A DNA stretch of 64,000 bases from Planctomycetota bacterium (GCA_046290465.1 JBKAGP010000001.1:64001-128000); one strand, 5' to 3'; positions 20,881-32,802 are shown, counted from the first letter of the stretch. A program made the numbers and translations. Notes: a model not told the origin generated them from the letters alone.

Positions 20881-21558
20881 TCAGTTGCCTTCGGTGAGTT
20901 GGTCGAGGGTGCGGATCTTCCATTCGCGGCGGACGCCGAGGGACTCGACGTTGGCGATCGGGATCTCGTCGATGTTGCTGTGCAGCACGTTCTGCGGCAG
21001 CAGCGATACGAACGAACGGTCCTCCTCGGCCTCGGCGTCGAGGTCGATGCGGACCGTGCCGGTCAGGTTGTCGAGGCGGTGGCCGAAGCGGGCCTCCCGC
21101 TCGTCCGGAGTCAGGTCGGCTCCGGGGCGCCGGTAGCGGAGCTCCCAGTAGGTCTGCCGCACCAGGCCGATCTGCAGCGGCGTGCCCTCGACGTCGACGA
21201 CGATCGTCGCGTTGCTGCCCTGCTCGTCGATGCGGGCCGGCGGCACCTCGGCGTAGCCGGCGACGTGCAGGTAGGGATACTGCTCCTTGATCTTCGCCCA
21301 CGCGAGCTGGAGCGCCAGGCCGTCGATGCCCATCTGCCTGCGCAGGTCGTCCGACAGCGCGTCGTAGACGATCTGCGGCTCGTCGCGCCGCAGCGCCTCC
21401 AGCAGGGTGCGCGTCGCCAGCTCGGGCGTGCGGAAGTCGATCGACACCCACGGCGACTTGTCCGGGCCGCACCAGGCCCGCGCGATCGAGCAGCATCCGG
21501 TCAGCGGCAGCGCGGTGGCGCAGAGCAACGACAAGGCCAAGGGTCGCATCGGCTGCAT
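20881..21558 (-). CDS. Hypothetical lipoprotein
   Basis: Lipobox LTGC after a hydrophobic stretch; normal codon usage. Confidence 0.65.
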   Translation of the reverse strand: MQPMRPLALSLLCATALPLTGCCSIARAWCGPDKSPWVSIDFRTPELATRTLLEALRRDEPQIVYDALSDDLRRQMGIDGLALQLAWAKIKEQYPYLHVAGYAEVPPARIDEQGSNATIVVDVEGTPLQIGLVRQTYWELRYRRPGADLTPDEREARFGHRLDNLTGTVRIDLDAEAEEDRSFVSLLPQNVLHSNIDEIPIANVESLGVRREWKIRTLDQLTEGN

Positions 21559-21719
21559 CGTGGGGGACTTGGACGCGCGATGCCACCGTCGCCTGGGCGC
21601 CGTGCCGGTAGATCGTCCCGACCTGGGCTCGCTGTTTGTGGATCGGGAGTTTTCCGTTGCCGAGATAGCTATAGTGCTCGCCCGAACTCGCCGTCCTCGA
21701 CTCTGAACCCGCGACGACC

Positions 21720-22931
21720 ATGAATTCCATCATCCGTAACCTCGGTATCGCCGCCGCTCTGGCGCTCCCCGCCCTCGGCCAGGAGGCCGCCAAGAAGCCG
21801 GCCAAGGCCGACCTGCAGATCAAGAAGTCGCAGGTCGACGAGGCGCGGCAGACGCCCCAGGACCACATCCCGCGGCCCGGCACCGGCGGCCAGAAGGCCT
21901 CGGGCGGCAACACCTGGTTCCCGGTGACGGTGCGCGAGCTGGGCACGTTCTACGGCTCGGGTGAGGCGGTCGGCACGTTCCAGTTCGAGAACCCGCAGGA
22001 CACGTCGGTCGACTGGGTCGCGCTGACTCCGAGCTGCCAGTGCGCCAGCGCCGAGATCACCATCGGCGACCGCATCTACAAGGTCATCGCCAAGCCGCAG
22101 AAGCGCCTGGTGCGCGTCACGCGCCGCGCGGGCCAGCCCGACAAGCTCGAGAACGTCGCCAAGATCACGATCGGCCCGAAGGAGAAGGGCACGGTCGAGA
22201 CGCGCCTCGACATGAACAAGATCACCGGCGGCAAGCACGCGACGCTGGACATCCACACGACCGACCCGGTCGAGCCGCACTCCAAGCTGACGTTCCGTGC
22301 CACCGGCGCCCAGCTGTTCGCGGTCTCGCCCAAGGAGGTCAATCTCAACAAGATGACCTGGAACGAGACCCGTGAGTTCACGGTCACGGTCTCGTCGACG
22401 ATGCAGAAGCAGTGGGAGATCCTGTCGGTCGACAAGCCGTCGGACGCCTTCGACGTGAAGTGGGAGAAGGTGCAGAACGGCGAGCACACGTCCTACCGCA
22501 TCAGCGGCAAGTACGGCCCGGTCAACTCGGAGGTCGGCGGTGGCGGCATGCTGAAGTTCCGCACCAACGTCAACAACGGCGCGACCTTCAACGTGCGCGT
22601 GCTGGCGTTCGTGCAGGGCCCGCTCGACGTCAAGCCGGGTGGCTTCCTGACACTCGGCCTGATCCGCAAGGGCAAGCCGATCAAGAAGTCGATCACCTTC
22701 ACGCCCAACGACGGCACCGAGCTGAAGGCGACCGAGATGCTGTTCGAGAAGATGACCCTCAAGCAGGAGTTCATCACCGCGACGCAGCGCAAGGAAGGCA
22801 ACAACCTGGTGGTCGAGCTGTCGGTCGCCGACAACGCCCCGACCGGCCTGGTCAAGGGCGAGCTGGTCGTCAAGCTGAACCACCCGCTGATCAAGGAGAA
22901 GCGGATCATGTTCAACGGCTTCGTCCGATAG
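21720..22931 (+). CDS. Secreted Ig-like repeat protein (DUF1573-like)
   Basis: Signal peptide; F.FEN...TPSCQCA motif; beta-rich repeats; strong codon bias. Confidence 0.7.
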   Translation: MNSIIRNLGIAAALALPALGQEAAKKPAKADLQIKKSQVDEARQTPQDHIPRPGTGGQKASGGNTWFPVTVRELGTFYGSGEAVGTFQFENPQDTSVDWVALTPSCQCASAEITIGDRIYKVIAKPQKRLVRVTRRAGQPDKLENVAKITIGPKEKGTVETRLDMNKITGGKHATLDIHTTDPVEPHSKLTFRATGAQLFAVSPKEVNLNKMTWNETREFTVTVSSTMQKQWEILSVDKPSDAFDVKWEKVQNGEHTSYRISGKYGPVNSEVGGGGMLKFRTNVNNGATFNVRVLAFVQGPLDVKPGGFLTLGLIRKGKPIKKSITFTPNDGTELKATEMLFEKMTLKQEFITATQRKEGNNLVVELSVADNAPTGLVKGELVVKLNHPLIKEKRIMFNGFVR

Positions 22932-23031
22932 AGGCGTAGCCGGCGCCAGGTGATGGTGCCGGCGATGGCGCCGGACGATGGCGCAGATGCTGCCTGTCGA
23001 CCCGCGAGTCGACGGGTAACGGCTCCACCTG

Positions 23032-23069
23032 ACGGGGAGGAAGGGACGCGCATCCCTTCCTCCCCGTTT
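23032..23069 (+). terminator. Rho-independent terminator-like hairpin
   Basis: ACGGGGAGGAAGGGA-6 nt-TCCCTTCCTCCCCGT followed by TT. Confidence 0.65.
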
Positions 23070-23109
23070 GCGTTGCAGCTATTGTCGGGCCCGACCCCAC
23101 CCGTCTCCC

Positions 23110-25031
<1,922 letters not shown>

Positions 25032-25035
<4 letters not shown>

Positions 25036-26210
25036 GCGGCGTCGCCGTCGAAGCCGCTTCGGAGCAGACGATGCAGCGCGAGATCGGCAGGTGGGATCGC
25101 GGCCGGCCCGGGCCGACGCTGCTGGTCACCGGCGGCATCCACGGCAACGAGCCGGCCGGGGTGCACGCCGCCGAGCGGGTGCTGGCGCAGCTGCAAGAAC
25201 GCGAACCCGACCTGCGCGGCCGGCTGGTGGCGCTGCGCGGCAACCTCAGCGCTCTGTCGACGCGGCGCCGGTTCCTTTCGCGCGACCTCAACCGCGGCTG
25301 GAGCGACGCGGCGATCACCCGCACGCGCGCGCGCGACGAGCGCGAACGTTCTCCCGAGGACCGCGAGCAGCTCGAACTGCTCGAGGCGTTCGACGAGGTC
25401 GAGCGCACCGCGTCCGGCCCGATCCTGTTCGTCGACCTGCACACCAGCTCGGCCGAGGGCTCGCCGTTCCTGTGCCTCGCCGACACGATCGACAACCGCC
25501 GCCTGGGCATGTCGACCGGCGTGCCGATCATCCTCGGCATCGAGGAGAACATCGCCGGGGCGTCGCTCGAGTGGTTCGCCGATCGCGGCATCGCCGGCTT
25601 CGCGGTCGAGGGCGGCCAGCACGACAGCGACGAGGCGGTCGACAACCACGAGGCCGTGCTGTGGGGGCTGTTGGTCGAGCTCGGCATGCTGGCGGCGGAC
25701 TTCGTCGACCTGGCGCCGCACCGCGAACGGCTGCGCCGGGCCGTCGGCGACGCGCCCCCGATCGTCGAGATCACGCACCGCGAGGAGATCGCGCCCGAGC
25801 ACGCGTTCCGGATGGAGCCCGGCTTCGTCAACTTCGCGCGGGTCGCCAAGGGGGCGCTGCTGGCGCGCAACCGCGACGGGGAGATCCGGGCGCCGAGCGC
25901 CTGCCACGTGATGCTGCCGCTCTACCAGGAGCAGGGCGACGACGGCTTCTTCCTGGCGCGGCGGGTGCGCTGGTTCTGGCTGTGGTTGGCGAAGTGGCTG
26001 CGCGCGATGCGCCTCGGCGGGCTGCTGCCGGTGCTGCCCGGCATCTCGCGCGCGCCCGACGATCGCAACACGCTGCTGGCCGATCCGCGGGTCGCGCGCT
26101 GGTTCGTCGTCGAGGTCTTCCACCTGCTCGGTTTCCGCAAGGAGTCCCGACGCGGGAATCGCCTGGCGTTCTCGCGGCGCGTCTCGCGGCCCGAGAACCG
26201 GCGGCTCTGA
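25032..26210 (+). CDS. Succinylglutamate desuccinylase/aspartoacylase (M14-like) family hydrolase
   Basis: GGIHGNEPAG, RDLNR, VDLHT, VEGG, EPGFVNF; ATGA overlap with the upstream gene. Confidence 0.88.
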
Positions 26211-26325
26211 ACCCGCGCGGCAACCGTCGATGGCGCCGGGCCGAGGGGCGCCGCGGCGCCCGCGCGACGGTGACCCTGCGTCGTCGCCGCGCCGCGCACG
26301 TGGCGTAGGTGGTGGCGGCGGCCGT

Positions 26326-26345
26326 CGTAGGGGCTGTCCCCTACG
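26326..26345. repeat. Short GTAG-type REP-like hairpin
   Basis: CGTAGGGG-CTGT-CCCCTACG. Confidence 0.45.
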
Positions 26346-26407
26346 CGGGTGGGCGCATGAGACGCCGCCCATCGCGGTCGAAACGGGGTGGGTAAGGAAT
26401 GAGACCG

Positions 26408-26860
26408 ATGCAAGGAACCGACATCCCGACCGAGACCGCGCCCGAGGTCGAAGCGCTGCAGGCCGCGGCGCGGCTGGTGGTGGCGACGTCGCTCGGCCAC
26501 GAGGGGCTGCAGCTGCGACGCACCGAGCGCGACGAACAGCCGTTCGAGCTGGGCTTCGACGACGGCCGCACGATGCCGGCCTGGGACGGCCTGCTGCTCG
26601 ACGTCGCGGCGCGCCAGGAGGTGGGGGGCTGCCGGCCCGCGTTCTCCGCGTGCGTGACCGACGAGTGCCGCAAGTGCCTCGCGTCGTTCGCGGTCGAGCA
26701 GCACCACATCACCAACGCGCGCAGCGTGCTCGAGGACATCTGCGAGTCGGCGGCGCGCGACGTCGACCGCTACGGGGAGGCGATCGCGGCGGTCGCGCGC
26801 GAACTGCTGCTGCGCGAGCAGGTCGACCAGGACTTCGCTCGGCAGGTGATGTGGGGCTGA
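26408..26860 (+). CDS. Hypothetical protein with Cys cluster
   Basis: TAAGGA RBS-like sequence; GC3-biased ORF; CRPAFSAC....CRKC. Confidence 0.6.
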   Translation: MQGTDIPTETAPEVEALQAAARLVVATSLGHEGLQLRRTERDEQPFELGFDDGRTMPAWDGLLLDVAARQEVGGCRPAFSACVTDECRKCLASFAVEQHHITNARSVLEDICESAARDVDRYGEAIAAVARELLLREQVDQDFARQVMWG

Positions 26861-26873
26861 GGTCCGGCCGGCC

Positions 26874-27986
26874 TCAGCCCTGCACCAGGCCGTAGAACGC
26901 CGGGTCGCGCACCTCGGGGCACAGCTCGGGTGGCAGCAGCAGCGTGCGACCGGCCCAGATCTCGGTGAACACGCGGTACTCGAGCGCGGTCTGGTCGAGG
27001 TAGGCGACGCCGTCGCTGCCGCCGGTGCCGACGCGGCGCCCGATCACGCGTTCGACCATGCGCGCATGCCGCTGGCGGAACGCGAGCATCGCCTGCTCGC
27101 ACTCGATCAGGCCGTCGATGATCGCGCCCGGCCAGCTCAGCAGCGGCAGTGCGCGGTTGCTGTCGACGAACAGGATCGCCGCGCGCAGCCGGCGCACGAA
27201 CGCGCGGCGGTCGTCGGCGACGTCCTCGGCGTCGAGGTGCCGCCTGGCGCCGCGCAGCTGGCCCTCGTAGCGCTGCCGCAGCCGGGCCTCGTCGTCGGGT
27301 GACAAAGCCTGCGCCTTGACCGCGTACTGCAGCGCGCGTTCGTGCAGCTGCTGGTGGCCGCGATAGTAGTCCTCGCCCCACAGCGCGACCGCCGCGTCGT
27401 CGCCGTCCTGGCCCGGCACGCTGCCCTGGATCGGGGTGCGGTGCAGCCAGCCGCGCACCGCGTCCTTGAGCGTCGGGGTGTCGGCGATCCGGCGGGTCAC
27501 CCGCGCGTGCGCGGGAGATGGCGTGCCGTCGTGGCTCTTCAGCGCGTCGAGGTAGCTGCCCTCCTTGCCGAACGGGATGCGGTCGTCGTCGTCGAGGCCC
27601 ATCAGCACCTCGATCTCGCGCATCTGCGCCGACTGGAAGCCGGACGCCGGGTTGAGCTTGTCGCGGAACGTCAGGTAGTCCTGCGTGCGCATCGTCTCCA
27701 TCAGCCGGAAGTGTTGCGCCGCCAGCTCGAAGCAGATGGTGACGCGCTTCAGGCTCTGCACCGCGCCGGCCAGCGCGTCCTCCGGAACGTGCGGCTTGGC
27801 GAACAGGTCGCGCGCCGTCGCCAGCTCACGCAGCACGAGCTTGAACCAGAGCTCGTCGACCTGGTGGATGACGATGAAGCGGACCTCGTCGTTGCAGAGG
27901 TCCTGCTCGCTCGCGTCGATCCCGCTCTGCAGCTGCAGCAGGTCCTCGACGCGGATGTAGTCCCAGTAGCTGGCCTTCTTTGGCAT
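26874..27986 (-). CDS. kynA: Tryptophan 2,3-dioxygenase
   Basis: YWDYI....LL.LQ, FIVIHQVDELWFK, PASGFQSAQMR, VERVIG...GTGGSDGVAYL. Confidence 0.93.
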   Translation of the reverse strand: MPKKASYWDYIRVEDLLQLQSGIDASEQDLCNDEVRFIVIHQVDELWFKLVLRELATARDLFAKPHVPEDALAGAVQSLKRVTICFELAAQHFRLMETMRTQDYLTFRDKLNPASGFQSAQMREIEVLMGLDDDDRIPFGKEGSYLDALKSHDGTPSPAHARVTRRIADTPTLKDAVRGWLHRTPIQGSVPGQDGDDAAVALWGEDYYRGHQQLHERALQYAVKAQALSPDDEARLRQRYEGQLRGARRHLDAEDVADDRRAFVRRLRAAILFVDSNRALPLLSWPGAIIDGLIECEQAMLAFRQRHARMVERVIGRRVGTGGSDGVAYLDQTALEYRVFTEIWAGRTLLLPPELCPEVRDPAFYGLVQG

Positions 27987-28066
27987 CCCGACACGGTAGC
28001 CGCGCCGGGGCCGCAGACCATACGGCGCCTGCCCGAGGGCGGTGCCACAGCAGGGCCGAGTCCGGC

Positions 28067-28405
28067 CCTAGCGGGCAAGCCCCGTCCGCACGCGTACTCG
28101 CCGCTTCCGCGATCACGGTTGGCAGCGCGTCCACTACATGGACGCGCTCCTAGCGGGCAAAGCCCCGTGCGCACGCGTACTCGCCGCTTCCGCGATCACG
28201 GTTGGCAGCGCGTCCACTACATGGACGCGCTCCTAGCGGGCAAAGCCCCGTGCGCACGCGTACTCGCCGCTTCCGCGATCACGGTTGGCAGCGCGTCCAC
28301 TCCATGGACGCGCTCTTAGCGGGCAAAGCCCCGTCCGCACGCGTACACGCCGCTTCCGCGATCACGGTCGGCAGCGCGTCCCCTACATGGACGCGCTCCT
28401 AGCGG
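28067..28405. repeat. Tandem array of four 82-83 bp REP-containing units (BIME-like)
   Basis: Units start at 28067, 28149, 28232 and 28315, with a terminal CCTAGCGG at 28398; each holds the hairpins GGGC-AAA-GCCC (AA loop in unit 1) and AGCGCGTCCA-CTACA-TGGACGCGCT; few substitutions. Confidence 0.95.
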
Positions 28406-30477
28406 TTGGACAGGTTGAAGTTGATCGTGATCGTGTCCTGTCCCGGGCTGACCACCAGCTCCTGCTCGGTCTCCTTCATGTCGAGCAGCGCGCCGAACGG
28501 GTTCTCCGCCGAGTGGCGGGCGGCGGTGATCTTGTAGGTGCCGGGCGGCACCCGCTTGCCCATCACGTAGTTGCCGTTGCCGTCGCTGAGCACGTGGGTG
28601 CTGAACAGGCGCTTGGCCGCCTCGCGCTGCTGCTCCGGCGTCATCTTGGCGCCGGGCTGGATCGCGCCCTGCTGGCCGGGGGCCGGCGCCGGCATCGAGA
28701 TCACGACCTTGACCTGGCCGGTCGGCAGGCCGCCGACCGTCGTCACGCCCTGCACACGGCAACCGAGCTGCAGCTCGATGACGCCGGCGTCGACGACCTG
28801 GCCTTCCTGGTCGAGCTTGATGTTGATCGCGGTGCCCTCGCAGTACTTCGGGTGCGCGACGCGGATCATGTAGTCGGCGAACGACAGCTTGCTGATACGG
28901 AAGCGGCCCTGCCCGTCGGTGCGCACCTTCTTGGTGGTGTGCTTCTCCGGGATCATGCTCTTGAAGATGTCGAACAGGCCGGTGCCCGCCGCGAGGCCGG
29001 CGTTCATGTCGGACGTCACGTAGGCGCCGGCGACCGGCTGGCCGCGGTCGTCGATGACGGTCCCGGTGATCGAGCCGCCGTCGGTCAGCACCGCGATCAC
29101 CTCGACCTGGCCCTCGTCACCCTGCACGACGTGGAACATCGGCGACAGCGACTTGGCGTGGTTCTTCTCGGTGATCTGGAACTTGAAGTCGCCGGCCGGC
29201 AGGTTGTCGATGATCGCCCAGTCGCCGGCGTAGTCGCGCGGCGAGATGTTGCGGTCGCGCCAGTCCATCACGTTGCCGATCGCGTCCGGGTTCTGCGGGA
29301 AGGCGCGCTTCAGCGACAGGCGGTAGCTCTTGATCGGCCGCTGCTGCGACGTCAGCACCTTCAGCTTGACGCTCGCGCGCGGGTGCATGACGACCTTGAT
29401 GTCCTCGCTGGTCAGCGCCACCGGGATCTCGACCTCGGCGAACTTGCGCGCCGACGCGGTCAGGCGGTACGGGCCGCTGCGCAGCGGCGGGAACTCGAAC
29501 TCGCCCTGGTCGTCGGCGTAGATCGTCTCGTTCTGCGGCGTCTTGACGCTGAGGCCGTTGGCCTTGATCTCGGCACCGGGGATGCGCTTGCCGCGCGGGT
29601 CGACGACGACGCCGGTGATCGTGCTGCCGGCCTCGATCTCGAGCGTGAACTCGTTCGGCTTGTCGGCTGCGATCTGCTGGTTGAGCTTGGTGCCGGTGGC
29701 GTAGCCGGCGGCTTCGGCGGTCAGGTTGATCGCGCCGATGCGCGGGCCGCTGGTGAAGCGGAAGAAGCCGTTGCCGTCGGTGATCGCCTGGGCGCCGCGC
29801 TCGCGGCCCGGCGTCGCCGACATCGCGTGGGTGCGGGCGCTCGCCATCATGAACACGGCCGCGTTGGCGACCGGCGCCTTGGTCATCGCGTCGAGCACGC
29901 GACCCTGGACCGTCAGGCCGATCTCGAGCTTGAGGTCGCCGGCGTCGAACCAGTCGTCGGCGCGCACCGTGATCGGCGACTTCGACAGCTCGGGGTACTG
30001 GTCGGTGACGATGCGCAGGTCGACCTTCTGGCCGGGCTGCAACACGCCGAGCGCGAACGAGCCGTCCTCGACGGTGGCGCTGCTGGCGATCGGCGGCGCG
30101 ACCTGGCCGGTCTTGTTCTTGAGGAACATGTCGATCATGTTGCTCATCGCGTTCTCGAGCAGCATCACGCGCACGCCGACCGCGGCGCTGCCGTCGGGCA
30201 GCAGCACGCGGCCCTTGACGCCCTGCGGCGCGTCGGCGTGCGAGTCGCCCTCGGTGACCTCGACCCGCTCGATCGGGCGCGGCTCCTGGTCCTTGGCCTT
30301 GGCCGGCGCCGTCTTCGGGTCCTGCGGACCCTGGTCCTGCTCGGGCTGCTTCTGCGGCTGCTGGCCGGACGGCGGCGCGACCGGCGTCGTGCCGCCCTGG
30401 TTGAAGTAGTAGAAGGCTCCGCCAGCGGCAGCGGCGACGAGCAGGAGCGGGACGGCGATCTTGGCGACGGAGGACAC
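28399..30477 (-). CDS. Membrane-anchored carboxypeptidase-regulatory-like (prealbumin-fold) repeat protein
   Basis: N-terminal TM and P/Q-rich linker; repeated ITG.V.D..G.P..GA.V...TD..G.F units. Confidence 0.8.
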   Translation of the reverse strand: MSSVAKIAVPLLLVAAAAGGAFYYFNQGGTTPVAPPSGQQPQKQPEQDQGPQDPKTAPAKAKDQEPRPIERVEVTEGDSHADAPQGVKGRVLLPDGSAAVGVRVMLLENAMSNMIDMFLKNKTGQVAPPIASSATVEDGSFALGVLQPGQKVDLRIVTDQYPELSKSPITVRADDWFDAGDLKLEIGLTVQGRVLDAMTKAPVANAAVFMMASARTHAMSATPGRERGAQAITDGNGFFRFTSGPRIGAINLTAEAAGYATGTKLNQQIAADKPNEFTLEIEAGSTITGVVVDPRGKRIPGAEIKANGLSVKTPQNETIYADDQGEFEFPPLRSGPYRLTASARKFAEVEIPVALTSEDIKVVMHPRASVKLKVLTSQQRPIKSYRLSLKRAFPQNPDAIGNVMDWRDRNISPRDYAGDWAIIDNLPAGDFKFQITEKNHAKSLSPMFHVVQGDEGQVEVIAVLTDGGSITGTVIDDRGQPVAGAYVTSDMNAGLAAGTGLFDIFKSMIPEKHTTKKVRTDGQGRFRISKLSFADYMIRVAHPKYCEGTAINIKLDQEGQVVDAGVIELQLGCRVQGVTTVGGLPTGQVKVVISMPAPAPGQQGAIQPGAKMTPEQQREAAKRLFSTHVLSDGNGNYVMGKRVPPGTYKITAARHSAENPFGALLDMKETEQELVVSPGQDTITINFNLSNR

Positions 30478-30496
30478 GGTGGCGATCGACAGTGGG

Positions 30497-32611
30497 TTAG
30501 TTCGCGGGCAGGTTCAGGTGCTGCACGACGACGTCCTGGCCCTGCGGCACGAGCACGGTCGTCGACGACTTCTTGAGCTGCAACATCTGCTGGAAGATCT
30601 CGGTATCGGGCTGGGCGCCGCCGACGACGGCCGCCCGCAGCACGTAGCTGCCCGGCCGGATCCGACGGGAGAAGGCGTAGCGACCTTCCCGGTCCGTTAC
30701 GGTTTCTAGACGGATCGACTGATCGGCCGGCGCGGTGCTTTCGGTGGTGAGGATCACCTTCATCTGTCCCGCGATGCGCCCGTCGACCTTCGCGGTGCCC
30801 CGGACGAGCGCTCCCGACGGCATCGTGATGGCGGGCAAGGTCCGTTCCTGTGGGAGGTTGCAGTCCAGGTTGCGGACGAACGTGCGGCACGCGTCGGGGT
30901 GCTCGAGCTGCAGCTGGTAGGAGGCGGCAGCCAGCCGTTCGAGCGCGAACCGTCCCTGGGCGTCGGTCGTCACCGTGCGGCGGCTGATCCTGGACGGCAC
31001 CGAGCGCTGCAGCGCCCGCAGCACCGGGTGGTCCGGCATCGTGCCGACCACCTGGGTCGTCACCCTGGCCCCGACCAGCGGCCGGCCCCGCTCGTCGACG
31101 ACCTGCCCGCGCACGATCGCGCCGCGCGAGACGGTCAGTTCGAGGCGCTGCAGCGTGCCGGGCGAACCGGCCCCCGGAGACCCGTCGGGCGCGGTGCCGT
31201 CGGGCGGCGGGAAGCGGACCGGCAGCGACAGCGTCTTGGCAAAGCCGTCGGCCTCGACCTCGCAGACGTAGGTGCCGTCGGGCACCCCGACGATCTCGGC
31301 GTGGTCGGTGGCGTTGTCCAGGCGCACCCGCTGCTCGGGCACCTGGTGCATCGCGCCGATCTGGCCGGCTGCCAGCGCCACTTCGTCGAGCGGCGCGTCG
31401 AGGTCGGCGGGGAAGAAGCGCCGCAGCGCCAGCCGGTAGCGACGCAGCACGCCGCCGTTGGGGGTGTAGGCGGTCAGGTGGATGCGGTGCTGCGGCTGCA
31501 GGGTCAGCGGCAGTGGCTCGCCGGTCTCGACCCCGGTGCGCTCGAGCCTGGCGAAGCCGCGCGCGCGGCACACGATGCGGTGCTTGCCGGGCCGCAGGCC
31601 ATGCACCGCGAACGCGCCGCGCTCGTCGCTGTAGCCGACCAGCGGCGGCAGGCTGGCCTGCTTCGGCCACGCCTCGATGCGGGCGTCGGCGATCGCGGCC
31701 CCGGTGACGGTGCGCACCGTGCCGACCAGCGTCAGGCCGGTCGGCAGTTCGAAGTCGAGCGTGACCGGCAGGTCGGGGCGCAGTTCGACGTCGCGCTGCA
31801 CCACCCGGGCGAATCCCGGGGCGACCGCGGCCACCTGCACGACGCCGCGGGTCGGGGCGTGCGGCAGTTCGTAGGAACCGTTGTGGTCGACGTGCGCGAC
31901 CAGCGCGCCGCGGCCACCGGGCAGCGCCTGCAGCGCCGCGTCGGCGAACGGTCCGCCCGCCGACACCGTCACCACCGCCTGTGGCACCGGCAGGTCCGGC
32001 CGGCCGTCGACGGTGACGCGGCCGCGGATCGTCGTGCCGGGCTCGAGCGTCAGCGAGCCGAGGTCGTGCCAGGTGTCCGGCAGCAGCCGCAGGCCGGCGA
32101 GGCGCAGCGTCGCGTAGCGGTCGGAGAGCAGGTAGACGTCGTAGGCCTTGTCCTCGACGATCGGCAGGCCGAGCGCGAACACGCCGTCGTGCGCGCTGGT
32201 CGCGGTCGCGACCGGGGCCAGCAGGTGGCGCTGCTGCTGCACCAGCAGCAGCACCATCGGGTCGTTGCTCGGCGACTCGGTCAGGTGCACCGAGACGCCC
32301 TCGATCGACATGCCGGCGGCGTCGACGACGCGGCCGCGCAGGCCCTGCGGGTGCTCGCTGCCCGACGGCGGCTCGGTGCGCTCGAGCGGCGGTGGTTCCG
32401 GCTGCTCGACGCGGCCGCCGGTGGCGACCTCGGGTCCGTCCTGGCCGGGCTTTGGCTGCTCGACCTCGTCGGGGCCGGCGCCGCGCGGCGTCGCGGTCTG
32501 GCCGTCGGGCCACAGCCAGGCGACCAGCGCCGCCAGCAGCAGCGCGAGCACCGGCACCAGCCAGCGGGCCTGGGCGTTCGCGGTCGGTCGGGTCGGGTTG
32601 GCGTCGGACAT
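30497..32611 (-). CDS. Membrane-anchored carboxypeptidase-regulatory-like repeat protein, paralog of the neighbour
   Basis: Same architecture; shared PQG.rGRV, W.D.G.L.LE.G.T..GRV and Y.L.L.R.FP segments. Confidence 0.78.
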   Translation of the reverse strand: MSDANPTRPTANAQARWLVPVLALLLAALVAWLWPDGQTATPRGAGPDEVEQPKPGQDGPEVATGGRVEQPEPPPLERTEPPSGSEHPQGLRGRVVDAAGMSIEGVSVHLTESPSNDPMVLLLVQQQRHLLAPVATATSAHDGVFALGLPIVEDKAYDVYLLSDRYATLRLAGLRLLPDTWHDLGSLTLEPGTTIRGRVTVDGRPDLPVPQAVVTVSAGGPFADAALQALPGGRGALVAHVDHNGSYELPHAPTRGVVQVAAVAPGFARVVQRDVELRPDLPVTLDFELPTGLTLVGTVRTVTGAAIADARIEAWPKQASLPPLVGYSDERGAFAVHGLRPGKHRIVCRARGFARLERTGVETGEPLPLTLQPQHRIHLTAYTPNGGVLRRYRLALRRFFPADLDAPLDEVALAAGQIGAMHQVPEQRVRLDNATDHAEIVGVPDGTYVCEVEADGFAKTLSLPVRFPPPDGTAPDGSPGAGSPGTLQRLELTVSRGAIVRGQVVDERGRPLVGARVTTQVVGTMPDHPVLRALQRSVPSRISRRTVTTDAQGRFALERLAAASYQLQLEHPDACRTFVRNLDCNLPQERTLPAITMPSGALVRGTAKVDGRIAGQMKVILTTESTAPADQSIRLETVTDREGRYAFSRRIRPGSYVLRAAVVGGAQPDTEIFQQMLQLKKSSTTVLVPQGQDVVVQHLNLPAN

Positions 32612-32802
32612 GCTGCTGCAGACGGTAGGGCCGGAACGACGCTTGGAAACCACGCGACTTCCGCATTCGTGCGCGAGCGGCGCGATCCGGGACGGCGCCG
32701 CCGGCGCGCACCCTGGAGTCTCGTGCACATCGGCGGATCGCCCGAGGCGATCGAGGAAAACCCCGAGCCACGTCGGGACAAGGAGGCGTAAGGCGCCCGC
32801 AA

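Noticed and set aside
27749..28402. Short ORFs across the 83-bp array (e.g. MAARPLHGRAPS...)
   Set aside because: They are translations of the repeat itself, with no independent coding signal
28067..28405. Possible CRISPR or guide-RNA (TIGR-like) array
   Set aside because: The units are nearly identical along their whole length, there are no unique spacers, and no cas or Nop-domain gene is in the window
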